DNA from: a bacterium
Lineage (GTDB): Bacteria; UBA10199; 2-02-FULL-44-16; DYJF01
Length of the DNA: 10,934 nt
NCBI GenBank assembly: GCA_041739675.1
Contig: JBGSNL010000065.1
Span: 1-10,934 of the forward strand
Direction: 5' to 3'
The notes under the pieces are model-generated. The model saw only the letters and a program-made list of their open reading frames with translations. It did no database searches and was not told the origin of the DNA. The position numbers and the translations under genes are program-made. Shown here in pieces: positions 1 to 6,681 of the stretch; position 1 is the stretch's first letter; the number at the start of each line of letters is the position of its first letter.

Positions 1-1
1 G

Positions 2-49
2 CTCAAGGCCGCGCTTGGCGGCACGACGGGACATCAGCACGGGAATTGA
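2..49 (+). CDS. 3' end of probable CusB-type RND membrane fusion protein (partial)
   Basis: Frame from base 2 reads LKAALGGTTGHQHGN* with TGA at 47-49, 2 nt before the cusA ATG. A LKAAL...GHQH tail and this position suit a CusB-like adaptor. Only 15 codons are visible. Confidence 0.55.
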   Translation, partial: LKAALGGTTGHQHGN

Positions 50-51
50 TC

Positions 52-3000
52 ATGATTGAGCGTATCATAGAGTTCTCCGCCCGGAATAAATTTCTCGTGC
101 TTATCTTCACGATGGCGCTGGTCGTGATAGGCATCTGGTGCTTAAAGAATGTCCCGCTCGATGCAATACCCGATCTCTCCGACACACAGGTCATCATTTA
201 CTCAAAGTGGGATCAAAGACCCGACATCATCGAGGATCAGGTCACGTACCCCATCGTCACCGCGATGCTGGGTTCCCCCAAGGTGAAGGCGATCCGCGGC
301 TTTTCCGATTTCGGATTCTCCTATGTCTACATCATCTATGAGGACGGAACCGATATCTACTGGGCGCGTTCCCGTGCAATCGAATATCTGAGCAAGATTC
401 TGCCCCGCCTGCCCGAGGGAGTCAAAACAGAACTGGGCCCCGACGCCACGAGTCTTGGCTGGGTATTTCAATATGCGCTCGTCGATGAATCGGGGAAAAA
501 CTCTCTGGCCGACCTTCGCACCTATCAGGACTGGTATCTCCGCTACTATCTGCAAGGTGTGCCCGGCGTTGCAGAGGTGGCGACGGTCGGCGGTTTCGTG
601 AGACAGTATCAGGTCAACGTGGATCCCAACAAACTTTCCGCCTACGACATACCGATAGAAACGGTCGTTGAGGCCGTACGCTCAGGGAACAAAGACGTGG
701 GGGGCCGGCTCGTAGAGTTTTCCGGCCGCGAGTACATGGTCCGCGGGCGCGGTTACGCAAAATCGATCGAAGATATTGAGAAAATAGGAGTCGGCATCGA
801 TGCCAAAAGCGGCATACCAATCACGCTGGCTCAACTGGGAACCGTTGAGCTTGGACCCGATATCAGGCGCGGCGTTGCCGATCTTGACGGCAAGGGGGAC
901 ACGGTCGGCGGAATCGTCATCATGCGCTACGGAGAAAATGCGCTCAATGTCATCGACCGCGTCAAAGAGAAGATAAAAGAGATCGAGCCCTCGCTTCCGG
1001 AGGGCGTGAAAATAGTCACAACGTACGACCGTTCGGAGCTGATACTGAGATCGATAGAGACTTTGACCGACACGCTGATAGAGGAATTGATAATCGTCTC
1101 CGCAGTTATCTTGTTCTTTTTGTGGCACATACCGTCCGCGGTGGTGCCCATCATCACAATCCCCGTCTCCGTACTTCTGGCATTCATCCCCTTCTATCTC
1201 ATGGGGCTCACGGCGAACATAATGTCGCTCGCGGGCATTGCGATCTCCATCGGTGTACTCGTGGACGGCGCCATCGTAGAGGTGGAGAACGCCTATAAAA
1301 AACTGCAACAGTGGATGACTCAAGGGCGAAAGGGTGATTTTCATGAAGTGCGTCTGAAGGCGCTCAAGGAAGTTGGCCCTTCCGTCTTCTTCTCGCTTCT
1401 TGTGATCGCGGTCGCGTTCCTGCCGATCTTCACGCTTGTCGATCAGGAGGGGCGCCTATTCAAACCGCTGGCATACTCCAAAAACTTTGCGATGGCGATC
1501 GCCGCAATACTTGCGGTGACGCTGGATCCCGCCATCCGTATGCTCTTCACAAGGATGGATTTCAAAAACTTCAAGCCGAAATGGCTCGCATGGATCTATA
1601 ACCGCGCGGCCGTCGGCAGGTACTATCCCGAAGAGGAGCACCCGGTCAGCAAAAGACTCTTTGCTATCTACGAGCCGGCATGCAGATGGGTTCTCAAGCG
1701 CCCGAAGAAAGTTATCATTGCAGCGTCGCTCCTGTTTTTGACAGCAATTCCCCCATTCATCTTTCTGGGAAGCGAATTCATGCCTCCCCTGAATGAGGGG
1801 ACGATCCTCTACATGCCGACAACGCTTCCCGGCATCTCCGTCACCGAGGCAGAGAATCTTCTGCAGAGACAAGATCAGGTCCTCAAAAGTTTTCCCGAGG
1901 TCGAGACGGTCTTTGGAAAGGCAGGGCGGGCGGAGACATCCACCGATCCGGCCCCCTTCTCCATGATGGAGACGACGGTCGTCTTGAAACCCGAAAGCGA
2001 GTGGCGCGAAAAAAAGAGATGGTTCTCTTGGATGCCCGAAATAAACAAATCAATATTCAGGCATATTTGGCGCGACAAGATCACATGGGAGGAGCTGATA
2101 GCAGAGATGGACGGGAAGATGCAATTTCCGGGCGTTTCCAACGCATGGACGATGCCCATCAAGGCGCGCGTCGATATGCTCTCGACGGGCATCAGAACGC
2201 CCGTAGGCATCAAGATCATGGGATCCGATTTCAAAGAGCTGGAGCGGATAGGTGAGAGTCTTGAAATGGTCTTAAAAGAGGTTCCGGGTACAAGGAGCGT
2301 CTTTGCCGAACGCGCGGCGGGCGGATATTTTCTGGATTTCGATCTCAAGCGCGAGGAGCTCTCAAGGCTGGGCATCTCGGTTGAAAATGCGGAGAAGGCC
2401 ATCACTTCAGCAATCGGGGGAGAAAACGTCACAACGACCGTTGAGGGGCGCGAAAGATATTCTGTAAATGTACGTTACAAGAGAGAGCTGCGCGACGATA
2501 TCCCAAAACTCTCCCGCGTGCTGGTTGCAACATCCTCCGGGGCACAAATTCCCATAGCCCAGATTGCAGACATTCATCTCTCGTACGGACCGTCCATGAT
2601 CAGAAACGAGAATGGCATGCTCGCTTCCTACGTATTTGTAGATCTTGCCGGCCGCGATGTGGGCAGCTTCGTTGACGACGCCAAAAAAGCCGTCACAAAA
2701 AAACTCGATTTGCCCCAGGGTTACATACTCCAGTGGAGCGGACAATATGAAAACATGCTGCGCGTGAGGGACAGGTTGAAAGCTATTTTGCCGCTCACAC
2801 TCTTCATCATATTCTTACTTCTCTACATGAACACGAAATCCGCCGTGAAGGCCGGGATCGTTTTTCTGGCCGTCCCCTTCTCCGCCATCGGCGCGGTCTG
2901 GCTCCTTTTTGCGCTCGGCTATCACATGTCCATTGCGGTGTGGGTGGGGCTCATCGCGCTCATGGGTCTTGATGCCGAAACGGGCGTCTTCATGCTCCTC

Positions 3001-3291
3001 TTTCTTGATATTGCCCACGACGAGGCGAAGCGCGAGGGGCGCCTCAACAGCGTGAAAGATCTTGTCGAGGCGATAATACACGGCGCGGTCAAGCGCGTTC
3101 GCCCCAAGATCATGACTGTGACCTGCCTATTCATGGGCTTGCTCCCCATCATGTGGTCGATCGGCACAGGTGCTGACATGATGAAGCGAATCGCCGCGCC
3201 GATGATAGGCGGCCTCGCCACGTCTTTCATCATGGAACTTCTGGTCTATCCGGCCATCTATTTCATGTGGAAGAAAAAAGAAGTTAGCTGA
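52..3291 (+). CDS. cusA: CusA/CzcA family heavy-metal efflux RND permease, Cu(I)/Ag(I) type
   Basis: N-terminal LDAIPDLSDTQVII motif. Contexts matching the E. coli CusA Met triad: ILYMPTTLPG, DPAPFSMMETT, RVDMLSTGIRTPVGIK. Proton-relay motifs GVLVDGAIVEVEN, GLDAETGV, RVRPKIMT. ATG at 52 is preferred over TTG at 46, which overlaps the upstream stop. Confidence 0.95.
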   Translation: MIERIIEFSARNKFLVLIFTMALVVIGIWCLKNVPLDAIPDLSDTQVIIYSKWDQRPDIIEDQVTYPIVTAMLGSPKVKAIRGFSDFGFSYVYIIYEDGTDIYWARSRAIEYLSKILPRLPEGVKTELGPDATSLGWVFQYALVDESGKNSLADLRTYQDWYLRYYLQGVPGVAEVATVGGFVRQYQVNVDPNKLSAYDIPIETVVEAVRSGNKDVGGRLVEFSGREYMVRGRGYAKSIEDIEKIGVGIDAKSGIPITLAQLGTVELGPDIRRGVADLDGKGDTVGGIVIMRYGENALNVIDRVKEKIKEIEPSLPEGVKIVTTYDRSELILRSIETLTDTLIEELIIVSAVILFFLWHIPSAVVPIITIPVSVLLAFIPFYLMGLTANIMSLAGIAISIGVLVDGAIVEVENAYKKLQQWMTQGRKGDFHEVRLKALKEVGPSVFFSLLVIAVAFLPIFTLVDQEGRLFKPLAYSKNFAMAIAAILAVTLDPAIRMLFTRMDFKNFKPKWLAWIYNRAAVGRYYPEEEHPVSKRLFAIYEPACRWVLKRPKKVIIAASLLFLTAIPPFIFLGSEFMPPLNEGTILYMPTTLPGISVTEAENLLQRQDQVLKSFPEVETVFGKAGRAETSTDPAPFSMMETTVVLKPESEWREKKRWFSWMPEINKSIFRHIWRDKITWEELIAEMDGKMQFPGVSNAWTMPIKARVDMLSTGIRTPVGIKIMGSDFKELERIGESLEMVLKEVPGTRSVFAERAAGGYFLDFDLKREELSRLGISVENAEKAITSAIGGENVTTTVEGRERYSVNVRYKRELRDDIPKLSRVLVATSSGAQIPIAQIADIHLSYGPSMIRNENGMLASYVFVDLAGRDVGSFVDDAKKAVTKKLDLPQGYILQWSGQYENMLRVRDRLKAILPLTLFIIFLLLYMNTKSAVKAGIVFLAVPFSAIGAVWLLFALGYHMSIAVWVGLIALMGLDAETGVFMLLFLDIAHDEAKREGRLNSVKDLVEAIIHGAVKRVRPKIMTVTCLFMGLLPIMWSIGTGADMMKRIAAPMIGGLATSFIMELLVYPAIYFMWKKKEVS

Positions 3292-3302
3292 TATGACGGA
3301 CA

Positions 3303-3342
3303 AAGGCATATGCCTTGACAAGAAAGTACCCTGTGCTAAAAA
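3303..3342 (+). promoter_or_regulatory. Putative sigma70 promoter with overlapping 14-bp palindrome
   Basis: TTGACA at 3315-3320, a 16-nt spacer, then TG-c-TAAAAA (-10-like at 3337-3342, imperfect). The perfect palindrome AAGGCATATGCCTT at 3303-3316 overlaps the -35. Confidence 0.4.
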
Positions 3343-3370
3343 TTGGCGTCAAATCGCAAAGGGGGATAGT

Positions 3371-3823
3371 ATGAAAAGAGCTCTGAAACTTTGTCTTGCG
3401 TTTGTTGTCGTATATTTCGTCGGGATCGCAGCCGTCAACGCCGCCGATTTGACCGCCCGCCAACCCACGAAGGCGGAGGTCGGCAAGAAGGTTATTTGCC
3501 CCGTGAAAAACGTTAACTTCGAGGTGGCAAAGGACACCCCCGTCGTCGATTACAAAGGCAAGACCTACTTCTTCTGCTGCGATACATGTTTGAATGAATT
3601 CAAGAAAGATCCGGATAAATACGCCGCGGCCGGAGCGCTGGCTGTCCGCGAACCCACCAAGGCCGAGGTCGGTAAGATGGTCAACTGTACGGTCATGAAC
3701 ATCAAGTTCGAAGTGGCAAAGAACACGCCGATAATAGAGTACAATGGCAAGACCTACTTTTTCTGCTGCGAACATTGCGTAGACCAGTTCAGGGCCAATC
3801 CGGATAAGTACGCCGCGAAGTAA
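3371..3823 (+). CDS. Secreted protein with two tandem YHS/TRASH metal-binding domains
   Basis: RBS-like AGGGGGA before ATG 3371. Signal peptide MKRALKLCLAFVVVYFVGIAAVNA. Two repeats: CPV...YKGKTYFFCCDTC...F..DPDKY and CTV...YNGKTYFFCCEHC...F..NPDKY. The ORF-track start at 3293 is probably over-extended. Confidence 0.88.
   Translation: MKRALKLCLAFVVVYFVGIAAVNAADLTARQPTKAEVGKKVICPVKNVNFEVAKDTPVVDYKGKTYFFCCDTCLNEFKKDPDKYAAAGALAVREPTKAEVGKMVNCTVMNIKFEVAKNTPIIEYNGKTYFFCCEHCVDQFRANPDKYAAK
3458..3817 (+). repeat. Intragenic tandem duplication with 189-bp (63-aa) period
   Basis: Segments 3458-3628 and 3647-3817 align without gaps, e.g. cccacgaaggcggaggtcggcaaga / cccaccaaggccgaggtcggtaaga; ggcaagacctactt occurs in both. 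Confidence 0.9.
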
Positions 3824-3844
3824 CAAAAAAAGCACATGAAAGAG

Positions 3845-3870
3845 GGCCCGCGTCTGCGGGCCTTTCTTGT
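3845..3870 (+). terminator. GC-rich stem-loop with short T tract (intra-operon terminator or stability hairpin)
   Basis: GGCCCGC-gtct-GCGGGCC (3845-3862) followed by TTTCTTGT, immediately before the AGGAGG of the next gene. Confidence 0.5.
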
Positions 3871-3881
3871 AAGGAGGTTTT

Positions 3882-4226
3882 ATGAAAAAGATTTTGCTGG
3901 TGGTTTTGGTTTTTTCATTCGCACTTCTTGTGCCAGCGGCTATGGCGCAACAGTCCGGAAAGGAACCGGTGAAGGCAACCGCCCCGCAAAAAACGGTGCC
4001 GCCAAAGACGTTGTACAAATGTCCCATGCATCCTGAAGAAATATCTGACCAGCCGGGCAAATGTCCCAAATGCGGGATGGTTATGACAGAGTCAGGACCG
4101 GTGGCATACTATTGCCCCAGACACAGTCACGAAGTCTCCGACAAGCCGATGCCTTGCCCGAAATGCAAAAAGGAGATGATGCCCACAACAACGCCGGAAA
4201 GGTTCCAGGGGTCCAAAGACAATTAG
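3882..4226 (+). CDS. Secreted heavy-metal-binding domain (HMBD, CPMH-type) protein with two repeats
   Basis: AGGAGG at 3872-3877. Signal peptide MKKILLVVLVFSFALLVPAAMA. Repeats YKCPMHPEEISDQPGKCPKCGM and YYCPRHSHEVSDKPMPCPKCKKEM. Confidence 0.88.
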   Translation: MKKILLVVLVFSFALLVPAAMAQQSGKEPVKATAPQKTVPPKTLYKCPMHPEEISDQPGKCPKCGMVMTESGPVAYYCPRHSHEVSDKPMPCPKCKKEMMPTTTPERFQGSKDN

Positions 4227-4235
4227 GGAGTGATT

Positions 4236-5312
4236 ATGCCCCTTTTATCGTCTTCTATATGGCAACACGTCGTCGGCTCGCTTACAGCCGCGTGGCAAGT
4301 TCTTCTCGACGCCTCCATATTTATTCTTTTCGGTTTTGTGATCGCGGCAATCATCAGGGCTTTTATTTCCAGCGAGACCATCGCGAAATACATCGGCGGC
4401 AACGATTTTCGTTCTGTCTTCTATGCGGCCCTCTTCGGAGTTCCCCTTCCATTGTGTTCGTGCGGCGTCGTACCCACTGCGATGGCCTTAAAAAAACAGG
4501 GGGCATCCAACGCTGCGACTCTTTCTTTCCTCATCTCTACGCCGGAATCGTCAATCGACTCAATCGCCTTGACCTACGCGCTGATCGATCCTTTGATGAC
4601 GATCTTCCGTCCTGTCGCCGCGTTTGCGACGGGTTTCGTGGCAGGGATTGCCGAGATATTTTTCGGAAAAAAAGGCGCGAAGGGAGCCGTCAAAGCCCCG
4701 GTCTGCCATCACTGCGAACATGAGGGACACGAACACTCACACGACATGACGGCCCCTCACAAACATTCCGTATTTGAACGCCTTAAGCTCGGCATGCATT
4801 TCGCATTCGTCGAGCTCTTAACCGAGATCAGCCGCTGGTTCCTGATAGGCATGCTGGTCGCCGGCATCATCACCTATATGGTGCCGCCCAGCTTTGTCGA
4901 ACAGTATCTCGGCCAAGGATGGCTTTCCATGCTCATCATGCTGGCAGTGGGCCTTCCCCTTTACGTGTGCGCGACTGCGTCGACGCCGATCGCGGCGGCG
5001 CTTCTGCTCAAGGGCATGAGCCCCGGCGCAGCCCTCGTATTTCTGCTCACTGGGCCCGCAACCAACGCCGCGTCTTTCACCGTCATCGTGAAAATGCTCG
5101 GTGCAAGGACGGCCGTCATCTACATTATATCAATTGCGGTGTGCGCCGTTGTGATGGGAATGTGTATCAACGAAATTTACTCCTTTTTCAATATCGATAT
5201 CAAAGGTTCCATCGGCCACGCGCATGAGATGATTCCAGTATGGCTCAAGTGGGGAACCGCAGTGCCGCTAACGGCAATCATGCTCCTAGCGGCGTTCAGG
5301 AAAAAAGCATAA
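4236..5312 (+). CDS. SO_0444-family / ArsP-like (DUF318) metal permease
   Basis: Family motifs GVPLPLCSCGVVP, FLISTPE, GLPLYVCATASTPIAAAL and ALVFLLTGPATN. His/Cys-rich central loop CHHCEHEGHEHSHDMTAPHKH. Start is ATG 4236 (AGGGAG upstream) or GTG 4230. Confidence 0.88.
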   Translation: MPLLSSSIWQHVVGSLTAAWQVLLDASIFILFGFVIAAIIRAFISSETIAKYIGGNDFRSVFYAALFGVPLPLCSCGVVPTAMALKKQGASNAATLSFLISTPESSIDSIALTYALIDPLMTIFRPVAAFATGFVAGIAEIFFGKKGAKGAVKAPVCHHCEHEGHEHSHDMTAPHKHSVFERLKLGMHFAFVELLTEISRWFLIGMLVAGIITYMVPPSFVEQYLGQGWLSMLIMLAVGLPLYVCATASTPIAAALLLKGMSPGAALVFLLTGPATNAASFTVIVKMLGARTAVIYIISIAVCAVVMGMCINEIYSFFNIDIKGSIGHAHEMIPVWLKWGTAVPLTAIMLLAAFRKKA

Positions 5313-5338
5313 CCGTCGAAATCAACAAAGGGGGATTT

Positions 5339-5752
5339 ATGAACAAAGGGAGATGGGTTCTTGCTGCAGTTGTCGCGACCGTCGCCGTCTCTGCGATCGA
5401 GGCGGTGGGCCACGGCGTGTTTTTGAAGAATCTCTATCTGGCGACCGCGTCGCTGTGGCGGCCGGAGGCGGAGATGTCGAAAATGATGTGGATGGGCTGG
5501 CTCTCCACGCTCGTGTGCTCTTTCATTCTCGTTTACATCTATCACAGGGGTTACGAAGGAAAGGGGAGCGCCCTCGGGGAAGGTTTGCGTTTCGGCTTGA
5601 TCATCGGCCTTTTCACGGCAATACCGATGACCGTGTGGACCTACATCATGTATCCGCTGCCGGTAAACCTGGTCATCAGTTGGTTTGTCATCGGGATGAT
5701 CGACATGCTCGTGGCGGGAGCGCTAATCGGCCTCATTTATAAGAAGGCTTGA
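5339..5752 (+). CDS. Small membrane protein of about 4 TM segments, unknown function (possibly DUF1761-like)
   Basis: AGGGGGA RBS before ATG 5339; 137 aa with four hydrophobic segments and a GEGLRFGLIIGLF motif. The family assignment is tentative. Confidence 0.75.
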   Translation: MNKGRWVLAAVVATVAVSAIEAVGHGVFLKNLYLATASLWRPEAEMSKMMWMGWLSTLVCSFILVYIYHRGYEGKGSALGEGLRFGLIIGLFTAIPMTVWTYIMYPLPVNLVISWFVIGMIDMLVAGALIGLIYKKA

Positions 5753-6209
5753 TATTCGCCCAGACGCGCTCAAGCTCTTCCTTGATCTTGAGGCGTTCTT
5801 CGTAGCTCAATGCCTTTTCATCATCGGCCGCGGGTTTCAATCTGCGGCCGCTGCTTTTTAAAAAGTCCTCCACACTTTTGATCTTCGCCCCTTCCCCGCT
5901 CACGAAATGGGTCAATTCCCTGTCGTCGCTCACGACAACGATCTGCGACCTGTTTTTCGATTTTGTGACGCGATCTTTTATGACATCATCAGCGGTTCGA
6001 GGGCCGGCAAAGACTATTTCATATTCTCTCTCCTGAGACACGTCCGGATTGTCGTGGCCGTCGAAGACGACGACCACCCTGTTCGCGCGGCTTCCCGTAA
6101 GATGGCGCGATTTGAGAAATTGCAGAAGATGCGCGTGCGGCGAATTGGACGATGCAAGCTCGTCAACTTTGTAAATCAGATTAAAAGCGTCGATTACGTA
6201 GGTGAGCAT
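5733..6209 (-). CDS. NYN domain protein (YacP-like, PIN-fold RNase)
   Basis: Acidic motifs YVIDAFN, VVVVFDG, TADDVI and VVVSDDREL match the YacP-like NYN pattern. ATG at 6209 gives the usual short N-terminus; GTG at 6242 is an alternative. Overlaps the convergent gene by 20 bp. Confidence 0.85.
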   Translation of the reverse strand: MLTYVIDAFNLIYKVDELASSNSPHAHLLQFLKSRHLTGSRANRVVVVFDGHDNPDVSQEREYEIVFAGPRTADDVIKDRVTKSKNRSQIVVVSDDRELTHFVSGEGAKIKSVEDFLKSSGRRLKPAADDEKALSYEERLKIKEELERVWANIKPSYK

Positions 6210-6271
6210 AAGTTCAGTACTCGTTGCACGGCTACGATCCACTTGTCAATGTTGTCCTCCGCCCCCCACTC

Positions 6272-6608
6272 AAAGTGTTGTGGGAAGGGGTGGGCGCTGC
6301 GCTTCTGCCTCCGGCAGCTCCCCTTTCGCGGTCTTGCGGGCGGCAAACCCTCCTCACTCAAATTGCGAGTCAAAACTGCGATTTGAGGGGGACACTTCTC
6401 CTGTTCACGTGATGGGAGGGGACGCTTCTCATTTTCACATGAGACCCAAGTGAACAGGAGAAGCGTCCCCTTCTTGAAAAGTGTCCACTAATCTCAAATC
6501 GCGTTTTGTCTTCGCAATTCTGCTGAGGTTTCCACCGCCCGCTCGCCGCGATGGGGACCCCGCCGCCTCCCGGCAATGCGCCGCGCCCACCCCTTCCCAC
6601 AACACTTT
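6272..6608. repeat. Long imperfect inverted repeat (two 116-bp arms), MITE/REPIN-like
   Basis: Perfect 26-bp outer IR AAAGTGTTGTGGGAAGGGGTGGGCGC (6272-6297 / 6583-6608). Similarity continues through gcgggcgg, aattgcga, caaaac and gcgatttgag. Arms are 6272-6387 and 6493-6608. Confidence 0.9.
6388..6486. repeat. Cluster of 21-bp repeats GGGGAC(A/G)CTTCTC(C/A)T(G/T)TTCAC
   Basis: Direct copies at 6388-6408 and 6418-6438. An inverted copy at 6450-6470 matches them at 20/21 and 19/21. A partial inverted core AAGTGTCC lies at 6479-6486. Confidence 0.85.
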
Positions 6609-6681
6609 CAATAGGTCCTCCCGATAAGTGTCGGACACTTGGGGTTATATCGGTTTTGCTCTGTTATCCGCAGTTCAAGGG

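Noticed and set aside
3284..4723. Long alternative ORFs 3284-4069 (-) and 4061-4723 (+)
   Set aside because: Shadow frames overlapping well-supported genes. The same applies to the antisense ORFs within cusA, the PLP gene and ssnA.
5733..5752. 20-bp convergent gene overlap as a regulatory feature
   Set aside because: Short 3' overlaps of convergent genes are common, and nothing else supports a function here.
6215..6249. TTGACA on the - strand upstream of the NYN gene as a promoter
   Set aside because: No acceptable -10 hexamer at 16-18 nt spacing (CAACGA at 17).
6388..6470. CRISPR array
   Set aside because: Only two direct copies with a 9-nt spacer, the third copy is inverted, and there are no cas genes in the window.
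6202..6638. Small ORFs across the palindrome, including two sharing LKVLWEGVGAA
   Set aside because: The shared peptide is simply a result of the inverted repeat and diverges by frameshift. A GGAGG precedes a TTG at 6611 on the - strand, but the peptide has no recognisable features.
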